Source: Bdellovibrionales bacterium (lineage in GTDB: Bacteria; Bdellovibrionota; Bdellovibrionia; Bdellovibrionales; UBA1609). From it: a DNA stretch of 64,000 bases. The notes beneath the pieces are model-generated. The model did not search any database. It worked only from the letters and a program-made list of their open reading frames with translations, and was not told the DNA's origin. Of the stretch, positions 36,643 to 46,850 are shown in pieces (the stretch's first letter is position 1; each line of letters starts with the position of its first letter). A program made the translations under genes and the position numbers. Location of the stretch: assembly GCA_965261545.1 (NCBI GenBank), contig CBDHDF010000004.1:1-64000 (forward strand). Reading direction: 5' to 3'.

Positions 36643-39165
36643 ATGGAAGAAAATCAAAATATAACAAACATAGATATAAATACAGAAATGCGTGAGGCTT
36701 ATTTACAATACTCTATGAGTGTTATTGTGGGCCGTGCTCTTCCAGATGTTCGTGATGGTTTAAAGCCCGTTCATCGTCGAGTCTTATATGCGATGAATGA
36801 ATTGAAGAACTACCACAATCAACCTTATAAGAAATCGGCTCGTGTCGTCGGGGATGTGATTGGTAAGTACCACCCCCATGGGGATACAGCTGTCTATGAC
36901 ACTATTGTAAGAATGGCTCAAGATTTTTCTTTAAGATTTCCTTTGGTGGATGGTCAGGGGAATTTTGGGTCCATTGATGGTGACGCCCCTGCTGCTCAAA
37001 GATACACAGAAGTCAGAATGACTAGACTTGCAGAAGAACTTTTGGAGGATATTGATAAAGAAACCGTTTCGTGGTCTTACAACTATGATGATTCTCTTCT
37101 TATTCCAGATGTTTTGCCTGCTAAATTTCCCAATTTACTTGTCAATGGATCTTCGGGAATTGCTGTTGGTATGGCAACAAATATTCCTCCCCACAACATT
37201 GGTGAAGTTGTGGACGGATGTATCGCTCTTATTAAGAATCCTCAAATGAGTATTGATGAGTTAATGACATTTATTCCAGGTCCTGATTTTCCTACGGCAG
37301 GAATTGTCTCTGGAGTTCAAGGAGTTCATTCAGCCTATAAGCGTGGGCGTGGGATCATTACACTTAAAGCTGTCTCAGAAATTGTTGCTCAAAAAGGTAA
37401 AGATAGGGAAATGATTATTGTTAAGGAAATTCCTTATCAAGTCAATAAGGCTAAACTCATTGAGACCATTGCGATCTTGGTTCGTGAGAAGAAGGTAGAA
37501 GGTATTTTTGATATCCGTGATGAATCATCTCGGGAAGGAATGCGTATTGTTATTGCATTAAAGAGAGGTGAAAATGCCCAGGTCATTTTAAATCGTCTTT
37601 ATAAGTTTACACAGTTGCAAACTAGCTTCGGTATTATCATGCTAGCATTAAATAAGAACAATAAGCCAATCACATTTAATTTAAAAGAAATGCTCCAGGC
37701 TTTTATCGATCATAGAAAAAATGTGGTTATCCGTCGATGTATTTTTGAGTTGAGAAAGGCTGAAGCAAGAGCTCATATTTTAGATGGTCTTAAAAAGGCA
37801 TTGGATGAAATAGATACTGTTATTGCGACCATTAGGGCTTCAAAAGAGGCAAATGCTGCTCTAAAAAGTTTAATGGATCAGTTTGGTTTTACAAACAGGC
37901 AAGCGAAATCTATTCTTGAAATGAGGCTTCAGAGATTGACTGGTCTTGAGCGTCAAAAGATTCTTGATGAATTGATAGAAGTGAATAAGAGAATTGATTG
38001 GTTAAGAATGATTTTAGGAAACATTAAAGAAGTTTTTAAAATGATTATTGAAGAATTAGAGGAAATTAAGAAAAAGTTTAATAATCCTAGACGTACCCTA
38101 ATAGAATCTGGGCAGAATGAAGTTCAAGATGAAGATCTTATAGCCAGGGAAGACGTTATTGTTTCACTTACTCATTCTGGCTATATCAAAAGAATTTCAA
38201 TAGATGAATATAAACTTCAAAGGCGTGGCGGGAAGGGTGTTAAAGGCTCCGGTGCTAGAGAAGAAGATTTTGTATGGAAAATATTCTCTGTGGACACATT
38301 AACATCACTTCTCATATTTTCTGATCGTGGAAAGATGTATTGGCAAAAGGTATATAAACTTCCTCAAGGTAAGCGAACCGCAAAAGGGCATGCGGTTACA
38401 AATGTTGTCAATTTTTCAAGTGGTGAACAAATTAGAGCTATTTTACCTGTAAGAAAATTTAATGAAGATAGCCATGTGGTTATGTTGACAGAAAAGGGGA
38501 TAATTAAGAAAACATCTCTTTCTTCTTTTAATAAACCGAGACCTTCGGGGATTATTGCCCTCACTATAGATCTTGAAGACAACCTTATTCAAGCAGCTAT
38601 GTGTTTTCGTCAGTCAGATATTCTTATTGTAACTAAAGAGGGAATGTCGATTCGTTTTAATGAAAACGATGTACGATCCATGGGGCGAACAGCTCGTGGA
38701 GTCAAAGGAATAACTCTTGGGAAGAGGGATTGTGTTGTAGGTATGGGTATTATTCCCAATGATTGTAAGGAGACAATCCTTATTGTGACATCAGGTGGTT
38801 ATGGGAAAAGAACTTCTGTGGAAGAGTATCGAAAACAAAGTCGTGGAGGTATAGGTATTATCACCCAAAAGCTAACACCCAAGGTTGGTGATGTTGTGGC
38901 TGCTTGTATGGTGAAAGAAACAGATCAAGTGATGGTTATTACAAATCAGGGACAAAGTATTCGAATGTCTTGTTCTGATATTTCAATCTATGGTAGAAAT
39001 ACACAAGGTCTTCGTCTTATCAATCTTAAAGGTGATGAACATGTAACAGGTTTGGCGCTTCTTGCAAACGAGGGATTGGCGGAAGCGGAAGCGTTTCATG
39101 GAGCCAGTGAAGTATCTAAATCCAACAATGGAGTTGCTAGTGAAGGGTTCGATAAGAAAATATAG
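36643..39165 (+). CDS. gyrA: DNA gyrase subunit A
   Basis: YHPHGD; GyrA box QRRGGKG. Confidence 0.98.
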   Translation: MEENQNITNIDINTEMREAYLQYSMSVIVGRALPDVRDGLKPVHRRVLYAMNELKNYHNQPYKKSARVVGDVIGKYHPHGDTAVYDTIVRMAQDFSLRFPLVDGQGNFGSIDGDAPAAQRYTEVRMTRLAEELLEDIDKETVSWSYNYDDSLLIPDVLPAKFPNLLVNGSSGIAVGMATNIPPHNIGEVVDGCIALIKNPQMSIDELMTFIPGPDFPTAGIVSGVQGVHSAYKRGRGIITLKAVSEIVAQKGKDREMIIVKEIPYQVNKAKLIETIAILVREKKVEGIFDIRDESSREGMRIVIALKRGENAQVILNRLYKFTQLQTSFGIIMLALNKNNKPITFNLKEMLQAFIDHRKNVVIRRCIFELRKAEARAHILDGLKKALDEIDTVIATIRASKEANAALKSLMDQFGFTNRQAKSILEMRLQRLTGLERQKILDELIEVNKRIDWLRMILGNIKEVFKMIIEELEEIKKKFNNPRRTLIESGQNEVQDEDLIAREDVIVSLTHSGYIKRISIDEYKLQRRGGKGVKGSGAREEDFVWKIFSVDTLTSLLIFSDRGKMYWQKVYKLPQGKRTAKGHAVTNVVNFSSGEQIRAILPVRKFNEDSHVVMLTEKGIIKKTSLSSFNKPRPSGIIALTIDLEDNLIQAAMCFRQSDILIVTKEGMSIRFNENDVRSMGRTARGVKGITLGKRDCVVGMGIIPNDCKETILIVTSGGYGKRTSVEEYRKQSRGGIGIITQKLTPKVGDVVAACMVKETDQVMVITNQGQSIRMSCSDISIYGRNTQGLRLINLKGDEHVTGLALLANEGLAEAEAFHGASEVSKSNNGVASEGFDKKI

Positions 39166-40048
39166 ATTTCTATTAAGATATTTTGTATATTTTGATTTTC
39201 TTTCAACGATTTCTTCTTTTTTCTTTTCTTGCTTCTCGTCCTTTTCTCGTTTGCTGTTGATCTTGATGTTTCCCATTATGATAGGAAGCCTTTCTTCTTG
39301 TTACTGGAGCGATTCAGAGAAAGAACTTAGTAAAGGAGATCGATTTACTGAGAAAAAAAACTATCAGAAAGCGATTTCCTACTACGAAAAAGTTATGAAG
39401 GGGTCGAATCCTGAAATTGTAAATAAGGCTGTATCAAGGCTGGCTTGGTTGAATTATTTTTATTTGAAAGACTTTAAAAAAGCCTTACAATTTTATAAAT
39501 ATGTTGTTGTCCATTCTCCATCTCGAGACGAGAGATTTTCTTCTCAAGAGAAAATTATAGATATTTATTTCCATAAGTTTGGTGATTATATATCGTCAAT
39601 ATCTGAAATCAGTAAGTTATTGGAGGTTGGCCATATGAAAAATGAGATGAAGGCAGAATATAAATTGAAGTTAGCAAAGTCTTACTTTTACTTAGGTGAT
39701 TTCATACAGGCAGAGATTGAGGCTGACGATCTCTTGTCTATGACTGGTATTGCTGGTAAGTATAAATTTGAAACGCTACTTTTAAAAGGGAATGCTCTTT
39801 TAACAGCAAAAAGACTTCAAAGGGCTGTTTCTGTTTACAAAAATCTTCAAGAAGAATTTCCAAAAAGATCGAAGAAAGAACGAATAGATTTAAGTATTTC
39901 TGCGTGTTATGAAGAAATGAATGAATTGGACTTGGCTATCAATGAACTGAAAAGAAACCAACGTCCCTCAGATATTATTGAAATGAAGATCAAGAGGTTA
40001 CAATCTAGAAAAAGATATTTACCTGGTGCCAAAGGTCTTCAAAGGTAA
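39062..40048 (+). CDS. TPR-repeat protein, probable lipoprotein (true start likely near 39266)
   Basis: TPR-like helices; LSSC after a hydrophobic stretch. Confidence 0.7.
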   Translation: MQTRDWRKRKRFMEPVKYLNPTMELLVKGSIRKYRFLLRYFVYFDFLSTISSFFFSCFSSFSRLLLILMFPIMIGSLSSCYWSDSEKELSKGDRFTEKKNYQKAISYYEKVMKGSNPEIVNKAVSRLAWLNYFYLKDFKKALQFYKYVVVHSPSRDERFSSQEKIIDIYFHKFGDYISSISEISKLLEVGHMKNEMKAEYKLKLAKSYFYLGDFIQAEIEADDLLSMTGIAGKYKFETLLLKGNALLTAKRLQRAVSVYKNLQEEFPKRSKKERIDLSISACYEEMNELDLAINELKRNQRPSDIIEMKIKRLQSRKRYLPGAKGLQR

Positions 40049-40147
40049 AAAATGCCATAAAAGTAGCTGTACCTCTTGCCCCTTTGACAAAAGGAAAAAT
40101 GCAGTGCTGTGAACCCATATGGGTTTTTCTATGAAACCATATAGAGG

Positions 40148-40420
40148 GTGAGCAGACAAAACACTATGATTGAAGTATGTGTGTCAAAATATAGGAGGTG
40201 TTTTTTAGATAAATTTGATAGAAAATTTTATTTTCTTATGGGTGTGGGTCTTGAATTAACAGGTGTTATTATTGTCAGTCTTTATTTAGGCCAATTTATA
40301 GACCATAAATATTCCTTAGGGGGAGTGGGCTTAGCTTTTTTCTCCATGTTAGGATTCTTAGGATGGATTGTTCACCTTGTATTTCTGGTGAAGAAATTTG
40401 ACAATAATAAAGATAGTTAA
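40148..40420 (+). CDS. AtpZ/AtpI-family small membrane protein
   Basis: Two TM helices with GLEL..G..ID pattern; no atp genes follow. Confidence 0.65.
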   Translation: MSRQNTMIEVCVSKYRRCFLDKFDRKFYFLMGVGLELTGVIIVSLYLGQFIDHKYSLGGVGLAFFSMLGFLGWIVHLVFLVKKFDNNKDS

Positions 40421-40430
40421 TTTTCATTTC

Positions 40431-41417
40431 CTACAAGGCCGTATGGAGGGGGTGAAATTGACTCAAAGCAGTGTATAGGGATTGAAGGTCAAGATGTGTG
40501 TAGCGTTGTGTGGTGTTTAAGGTTTCATGGCCTAGAACCTCTTGTATGACTCTAAGGTCTGCTCCTTCTTGGAGTAAATGAGTGGCAAAGCTGTGTCTGA
40601 GTGTATGGGGAGAAATGGGTTTTATGAGGCCACTTTTCTGTCCCCATCTTTTTACTACGGAATGAGCTGTGCGAGGACTAAGGGATTTCTTGCCAAAAAT
40701 ATATATATTATCCTTTTCTTTCAATTGATTCATATTATTTATAGATTCGAGGGCCATGGGAATAAGTACAACCATGCGCATTTTTCCTCCCTTACCGATG
40801 ATGTGCAAGCATCTTCTTTCGTGGTCAATATCTGACCACTTGGCTGTGCAAGCCTCACCAACTCGGAGTCCACATCCGTATAAGAGAGCAAAAAGCACCA
40901 TGTCTCGGCAAGACGACTTCTCACCCTTCTCCTTGTTTTCTTTTAGTAATGTCAAAATAGATAGGACTTCATCCACAGACAAGTGATGAGGAACCCTCCA
41001 TGGAACTTTTGGGGAGGGGATTCTTAGAGCTAAATTTCTATCTATATATTTCTCATGGAAAAGCCATTTCAAAAAGGCTCGAAGACAGGCAAATTTCCTA
41101 TTTTTTGTGGCGGGGGAAAGAGAGGACCAAAAGGAGAGCATTTGGTTCACTTCTATCAAAAGAGCGGCAGTATTTAATTTAGACTTTTCTTGTAATTTCT
41201 TTTTGGTAAGGGGATGGCGGTATATTTGCCCTCCTATCCGGGGTATTTGGGAGGTGTTTATTTCTTCTACAGTGGATTGGTTGACTTGCTGGAGGAACTG
41301 GTGGAGATCAGTGGCATAGGATTTGATAGTGTTTGGGCGGAATCCATATACAAATTCCTGTGTATTTAGGTATTTAGACGCTAGATAGAATAAGATTTGT
41401 TGCTCTTTAGGTGACAA
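40431..41417 (-). CDS. XerC/XerD-family tyrosine recombinase
   Basis: LYGCGLRVGE, GKGGKMR, HTLRHSFATHLL, LGH, TQRYTH. Confidence 0.92.
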   Translation of the reverse strand: MSPKEQQILFYLASKYLNTQEFVYGFRPNTIKSYATDLHQFLQQVNQSTVEEINTSQIPRIGGQIYRHPLTKKKLQEKSKLNTAALLIEVNQMLSFWSSLSPATKNRKFACLRAFLKWLFHEKYIDRNLALRIPSPKVPWRVPHHLSVDEVLSILTLLKENKEKGEKSSCRDMVLFALLYGCGLRVGEACTAKWSDIDHERRCLHIIGKGGKMRMVVLIPMALESINNMNQLKEKDNIYIFGKKSLSPRTAHSVVKRWGQKSGLIKPISPHTLRHSFATHLLQEGADLRVIQEVLGHETLNTTQRYTHLDLQSLYTALSQFHPLHTAL

Positions 41418-41697
41418 TTTTTGGCCTCCTGGAGAAGACTTTTAAAGAAATACTACTTTAATATCACTTTTTTTGAAAAAACTATTGCGTAAATTTAATG
41501 CAGGTGATAAATTCCAAAAAGTTAGATTAAGTCGCGATGCATTAATACTTGATTTTAGTTGTTATGTGAGCATGTAGATGTAGACTTCTCAGTCCGTTTT
41601 TCGTACTACAACTATTTAAAATCTATACTGGTTATGGTGATGGCCTCTTTTCATTGGTCCCCATTGCCCTTGAATTAAAATAAAACTAAAAAGGAGT

Positions 41698-42846
41698 TTG
41701 TATATGTCAAATACAGCCAATTTTAATCAACCCACTTGTTTGCCTCTCAATAAACAGAGCCATTGTGTAGATGATGAGACTCAAGAGGATATGAGAAATT
41801 CTTCAATACCCACAAGAATCATTTATAAATCTGATATTATGAATCAACTTATAAAAATGGTAGATCGGGTGGCGCCTTCTAAAGCAACCATTCTCATTCT
41901 TGGTGAAAGTGGTACAGGCAAGGAACTTATTGCCCGTACGATTCATGAGAAAAGTCAGCGTAATAAGCCTTTTGTGGCTATAAACTGTGGAGCTCTCAGA
42001 GAAACTCTTCTCGAGAGTGAGCTTTTTGGACATGAGCGTGGGGCTTTTACGGGGGCTTATTCCAAAAAAATTGGTCTGGCGGAAATGGCCAATGGTGGGA
42101 CTTTATTCCTCGATGAGATTGGGGAAATGAGTCCAGGGATTCAAGCTAAGTTGTTGCGTTTTTTGCAAGAGGGGGAGATTCTTCGAGTTGGAGGGAAAGA
42201 ATCCATTAAGGTGGATGTTCGTCTTATCAGCGCCACCAATCGTGAATTGGATAAAGAAGTTGTTGCTGGCAATTTTCGTGAGGATTTATTTTATAGGATT
42301 AACACAATTATGGTTCAATCTCCTCCCTTGAGACATCGTAAGGAAGATATTCCTGGATTGGTGAACTTTTTTCTAAAAAATAGCTCCAATGGAGGAACTG
42401 CCTATCCTCAAAGGGTTAGCCAAATTGATGAAGAAGCTATGAAGAGAATGATAAGATATGACTGGCCAGGGAATATTCGAGAGCTAGAGAATGCATGTGA
42501 GAGACTTCATATTCTTTCTGAAGGTCATACAATTATGCAAGGAGATCTTCCCGATTATATCAAAGACCCTGATGATGTTAAATTTCTCATAAACTATGAT
42601 CCTTCTATGACCCTTCATGAACTTGAAAAAAGGTATATTATAAAGGCTCTGAGTCATTTTGAGGGAAATAAAACTAAATCGGCTCAAGCTTTGGGGATTA
42701 CAGTTAAAACGCTTTACAATAAGCTTCATGAATATGGTGAATTTCCTAAATATGCTGTGCATAAGAAGTTGAAGAAAAGCGATGAGGCTGTAGCTGAGGC
42801 AGAGGATGTTGATATTGATTTCAAGAAAAGAATGGGACTTATATAA
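41698..42846 (+). CDS. Sigma54-dependent Fis-family activator with no evident receiver domain
   Basis: GESGTGKE, GAFTGA, WPGNIREL, C-terminal HTH. Confidence 0.93.
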   Translation: MYMSNTANFNQPTCLPLNKQSHCVDDETQEDMRNSSIPTRIIYKSDIMNQLIKMVDRVAPSKATILILGESGTGKELIARTIHEKSQRNKPFVAINCGALRETLLESELFGHERGAFTGAYSKKIGLAEMANGGTLFLDEIGEMSPGIQAKLLRFLQEGEILRVGGKESIKVDVRLISATNRELDKEVVAGNFREDLFYRINTIMVQSPPLRHRKEDIPGLVNFFLKNSSNGGTAYPQRVSQIDEEAMKRMIRYDWPGNIRELENACERLHILSEGHTIMQGDLPDYIKDPDDVKFLINYDPSMTLHELEKRYIIKALSHFEGNKTKSAQALGITVKTLYNKLHEYGEFPKYAVHKKLKKSDEAVAEAEDVDIDFKKRMGLI

Positions 42847-42861
42847 AGTTACATCTGGCTT

Positions 42862-42884
42862 TAGCCCGTATTTTTATGCGGGCT
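42862..42884. terminator. Hairpin between convergent genes
   Basis: AGCCCGTAT..ATGCGGGCT inverted repeat. Confidence 0.5.
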
Positions 42885-42939
42885 TCTAGCTACCTTTTGT
42901 TGTAATTGTTGTAAAATCTTTAAGAGCCTTTCTTAGAAT

Positions 42940-43740
42940 TTAAAAATAACCTCCATCATCGTCATCATCATCATCATCGTCGTCGTCATCTAGATCTGAA
43001 GAATCATCCATGTCATCAAAAATATCTGTGGTTTCAAAGTCATCGCTAGGTTGAAGAGATTCGTCATCGAAATCTTCTTTGATATTATCAAAAAAATTAT
43101 CCTTATCATTTGCATCAATAGAATCAGACCCTTCATTATCATCCTCTAAGTGAGAAGTTTTTTCAGAGATATCTTCTGATGAATCTGTGGAATCGAGATC
43201 CTCCTCCTCTTGGTCATTTTGAGTCGTAAATGTTGTAAAGATGCTTCCTAAATTCCTTGAAGTGGTAGAATTGACGATTTCTTCAAGAGATGGGACTTCT
43301 GGCTTGGCTGATTTCTTTCGCCCTCTTTTTGTGACTTTTTTAGCTACCTTTTTACTAGCTTTTTTCTTGGTGACTTTTTTAGCTACCTTTTTACTAGCTT
43401 TTTTCTTGGTGGCTTTTTTAGCTACCTTTTTACTAGCTTTTTTCTTGGTGGCTTTTTTAGCTACCTTTTTACTAGCTTTTTTCTTGGTGGCTTTTTTAGC
43501 TACCTTTTTACTAGCTTTTTTCTTGGTGGCTTTTTTAGCTACCTTTTTACTAGCTTTTTTCTTGGTGGCTTTTTTAGCTACCTTTTTACTAGCTTTTTTC
43601 TTGGTGACTTTTTTAGCTACCTTTTTACTAGCTTTTTTCTTGGTGACTTTTTTAGCTACCTTTTTACTAGCTTTTTTTTGTCCTTTTTTTGCAAGAGTTT
43701 TTCGTTTGCTAATTTTTTTCTTTGTTTTTTTGCGTCCCAT
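42940..43740 (-). CDS. Histone H1-like lysine-rich repeat protein with acidic tail
   Basis: 9 x ASKKVAKK(A/V)TKKK, D/E-rich C-terminus, GGAGGG RBS. Confidence 0.75.
   Translation of the reverse strand: MGRKKTKKKISKRKTLAKKGQKKASKKVAKKVTKKKASKKVAKKVTKKKASKKVAKKATKKKASKKVAKKATKKKASKKVAKKATKKKASKKVAKKATKKKASKKVAKKATKKKASKKVAKKVTKKKASKKVAKKVTKRGRKKSAKPEVPSLEEIVNSTTSRNLGSIFTTFTTQNDQEEEDLDSTDSSEDISEKTSHLEDDNEGSDSIDANDKDNFFDNIKEDFDDESLQPSDDFETTDIFDDMDDSSDLDDDDDDDDDDDDGGYF
43326..43678. repeat. 39-bp coding tandem repeat, about 9 copies
   Basis: Unit TTGGTG(G/A)CTTTTTTAGCTACCTTTTTACTAGCTTTTTTC. Confidence 0.95.
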
Positions 43741-44082
43741 TATCCCTCCCGATACAGACTATGAAATGAATTATAAATAAATAGAAAACCTTGTGAAAGT
43801 CTTCTTTAGAACCAGCGCAGAGCCCTCAAAAGTAAGCCCCTCCCTAATAATGAAAAGGCTTTCTTTAAAATGCAAGTCCCCATTTCAAAATGAAAGGTGA
43901 ATTATGGCTCAGCGCATAATTAAAGGGCTTTAATTGACAAACTTTGTTGAGATCACAGTTTATAGCATAACAGGAGTGTTTTCTTTTCAAGCTCATTATT
44001 CAAGGAAAATTTCAAGAGGGAGGCAATATGAACCTTAGGACCCATGATCTTAAAGTGGAAATAAGCTAAAGATGGAAAACCT

Positions 44083-44832
44083 TTGAGTCATCTCTTGAAT
44101 AAGCCATTGCCGACGAGCCCCCTGTTGAATGGTCCTCGCATGGCTTTTTTAGGCTGTAGCCGTGGGTTGGGAAAAGCCATTGCTCTCCAGAGTCCAGAGG
44201 GAGAGCGGCTTTTTTGTTCACGACGTAGGGAAAGCCTTAGCGTTTTGGCTCAAGAGCTTGGGGGTGAGGTGGCCTGTCTTGATTTCTCAAAGTCCAGTGA
44301 AGAGTGTCTTGCAACCTTAGAGAGTTTTAACCCCACTCATATTTACTATGTAGCTGGTGGTGGTCCTTTTGGTTTCTACCACGAAAAAGAATTTAAAGAC
44401 CATGAATGGGCCTTTCATGTCAACTTTAAGACTCCGGCTCAATTAATTCATTGGTCCCTTCGCCGTCATTTTCTTTACCACAGATCCCAGAATAGTTCTC
44501 AGAAAAGTTTTCAAGGTGGTTCTCAAGGCAATTTTCAAAGAAAAGTTCAGCAGTTCATTGTTGTGGGGTCTGCTATTGCAGAGTCTAAGGGAGATATTCG
44601 GGCGGCAAGCTATGCAGCCTCCAAGCATGCTCTTCTAGGCTTGTGTCGGTCCATTTGGAAAGAGTCTCAGAATTTTGATCTGAGGCTCTTTAGTCCAGGC
44701 TATATGGATACAGACCTGCTTCCTAGGGGAGCTTTTCCTAGACAACAAGATCTACTTTCATCTGAGGAGGTGGCTCAACAATTTTGGTGCTGGGCCACCA
44801 GTTCAGAGGTTTCAAGACACTATTGTTTGTAG
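44083..44832 (+). CDS. Short-chain dehydrogenase/reductase
   Basis: GCSRGLG and YAASK motifs. Confidence 0.85.
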   Translation: MSHLLNKPLPTSPLLNGPRMAFLGCSRGLGKAIALQSPEGERLFCSRRRESLSVLAQELGGEVACLDFSKSSEECLATLESFNPTHIYYVAGGGPFGFYHEKEFKDHEWAFHVNFKTPAQLIHWSLRRHFLYHRSQNSSQKSFQGGSQGNFQRKVQQFIVVGSAIAESKGDIRAASYAASKHALLGLCRSIWKESQNFDLRLFSPGYMDTDLLPRGAFPRQQDLLSSEEVAQQFWCWATSSEVSRHYCL

Positions 44833-44872
44833 TAAATTCGTAGTAACATTAACGGTAATTACTTAATAGTAG

Positions 44873-45913
44873 TTGATAGTAACTACACACCTTTTATATC
44901 ATATGAAAAAGGAAGGGAACAAGATGGGTGAAAAAGCAGAGTCAACGAAACATACAGAAAATGTCATTATTATTGGATCTGGTCCTGCGGGGCTCACTGC
45001 CGCTATTTATTCTGCAAGGGCTAATCTCAACCCTCTTATGATTGAAGGAGAGGAGGTTGGTGGCCAGTTGATGACTACAACAGATGTGGAAAACTATCCT
45101 GGATTTCCCGATGGAATCATGGGGCCTAAACTCATGGATATCACCCGAAAACAGGCCGAGCGTTTTGGAACTCGTTTTATCTCACGAAATGTCAATCGTG
45201 TGGATTTTTCCTCTCGCCCCTTCAATATATGGGTGGAAGACAAGATTTACACATCCAAGTCTGTGATTATTGCCACAGGGGCAAGTGCTAAATACCTTGG
45301 CCTTGAAAGTGAGAAGAAATTTCTTGGACGTGGTCTTTCTGCTTGTGCCACTTGTGATGGTGCTTTCTTCAGAGATGTGGAAGTTGCTGTCATCGGTGGT
45401 GGGGACACTGCCATGGAGGAGTCTCTCTTTCTCACCCGTTTTGCCAAGAAGGTTTATGTTATTCATCGTCGCGATCAGTTTAGAGCCTCTAAGATTATGG
45501 CAAGTAAGGTTCGAGAGCATAAGAAAATTGAGATTCTTTGGAACACAGAACTTAAAGAGGTTCTTGGTGATAAAGAAGTGACAGGGGTTCAACTTTACAA
45601 CAATCAAACCCATGAGGAGATACAAATGTCTTTGCAGGGTGTGTTTATAGCCATTGGGCATAAGCCCAATACAGACCTCTTTAAGGGGCTGTTAGAAATG
45701 AATGATCTAGGTTACCTTGTCACTCAAACAAGTACCACTTACACTTCTATAAATGGGGTTTTTGCTGCTGGAGATGTTCAAGACCATGTTTATCGTCAGG
45801 CTGTGACGGCTGCTGGCACAGGGTGTATGTCTGCCATAGATGCAGAACGCTGGTTAGAGTCCCACGGAGATGAATTGTCATCCGAAGAGGTAACCCATGA
45901 TTCAAGGAGGTAA
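44873..45913 (+). CDS. trxB: Thioredoxin reductase (start probably 44903 or 44924)
   Basis: IIGSGPAGLTAA, CATCDG, GGGDTAMEE. Confidence 0.96.
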   Translation: MIVTTHLLYHMKKEGNKMGEKAESTKHTENVIIIGSGPAGLTAAIYSARANLNPLMIEGEEVGGQLMTTTDVENYPGFPDGIMGPKLMDITRKQAERFGTRFISRNVNRVDFSSRPFNIWVEDKIYTSKSVIIATGASAKYLGLESEKKFLGRGLSACATCDGAFFRDVEVAVIGGGDTAMEESLFLTRFAKKVYVIHRRDQFRASKIMASKVREHKKIEILWNTELKEVLGDKEVTGVQLYNNQTHEEIQMSLQGVFIAIGHKPNTDLFKGLLEMNDLGYLVTQTSTTYTSINGVFAAGDVQDHVYRQAVTAAGTGCMSAIDAERWLESHGDELSSEEVTHDSRR

Positions 45914-45919
45914 ATCATC

Positions 45920-46849
45920 ATGATTCAAGAAAGAAGTCGTACTCTATTGTATCCTAAATTGTATCCTAAATTAAAAGTTTTTATTTTTCTTCTTTTATGC
46001 CCCTTCTTATTTCTTTCACTTCACTTATTCCCTTTTTCTTTAAATTTTGCGTTTTCTCAAGACTTATATCCTGAGCCTATGAATCTTGAAAAGGATCTCC
46101 AGTCTGATCTTTACGAACTTCCAGAAGCTGGTGATCTAAAAATAGGTTCTGATCCCTTGGGTCTTGGTCTTGAAGGGGATGATCTTCATCAGGCTCCTCT
46201 TTCTAAGCCTCGCATCAGTGACTCAGACTCTGAGAAATCGTCGTTTTCACTTATGGATTCCTATAGGGGTTTTACCGTGTCTCTCATCTCGACTCTCGAC
46301 GAAGTGATTCCCGATATGGGTGACTATATTCCTGCTGAAAAAAATGTATCCTTTGGCAATTCTGAATATGAAAGATATTTCACCCTATCTCTTGGTTATG
46401 ACTGGTACTACAAGAAAGGTTCTACTTTTTTTGGTATTCATGGTTTTACAAGTACAAAGGGGAAGAATGACAACCTCACCATAAGGCCCATGGGTTTGTC
46501 GGGGCGAGCGGGTTTATTTTATAAAACTCCAAATGATTATCTTCTTAAGCTCTTTGGAGGTATTGGTATAGGAAATATCTTTTACGAAGAACCTTCCTAT
46601 AGTTATGAATTTGGCGATAGTGTTTTTTCTGGAGGTAAAGTGACCAGTTATGTGGGGCCTTTTTATTACCTTGGTTTTGAATTTAAGATTCATGAACACT
46701 TTGGTGTGAATTGGATGTATCAAAGGATGACAGGGCGTCTTCGAACTGAAGTCTCTCAGTATGATAACAACGTTTTTGTGGGCCTCACTCGAAATGATTA
46801 TGATATTGAAACTCAACAACATTTGTTTGGAGTGAATTTTTACTTTTAA
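45920..46849 (+). CDS. Probable outer-membrane beta-barrel protein
   Basis: Signal-like N-terminus, amphipathic strands, C-terminal FGVNFYF. Confidence 0.6.
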   Translation: MIQERSRTLLYPKLYPKLKVFIFLLLCPFLFLSLHLFPFSLNFAFSQDLYPEPMNLEKDLQSDLYELPEAGDLKIGSDPLGLGLEGDDLHQAPLSKPRISDSDSEKSSFSLMDSYRGFTVSLISTLDEVIPDMGDYIPAEKNVSFGNSEYERYFTLSLGYDWYYKKGSTFFGIHGFTSTKGKNDNLTIRPMGLSGRAGLFYKTPNDYLLKLFGGIGIGNIFYEEPSYSYEFGDSVFSGGKVTSYVGPFYYLGFEFKIHEHFGVNWMYQRMTGRLRTEVSQYDNNVFVGLTRNDYDIETQQHLFGVNFYF

Positions 46850-46850
46850 T

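Noticed and set aside
40431..41417. Prophage or island integrase linked to the DGR
   Set aside because: Housekeeping XerC/D-like sequence among core genes; no att repeats or phage genes seen.
43241..43780. 179-aa hydrophobic repeat ORF on the + strand
   Set aside because: Antisense shadow of the lysine-rich repeat gene.
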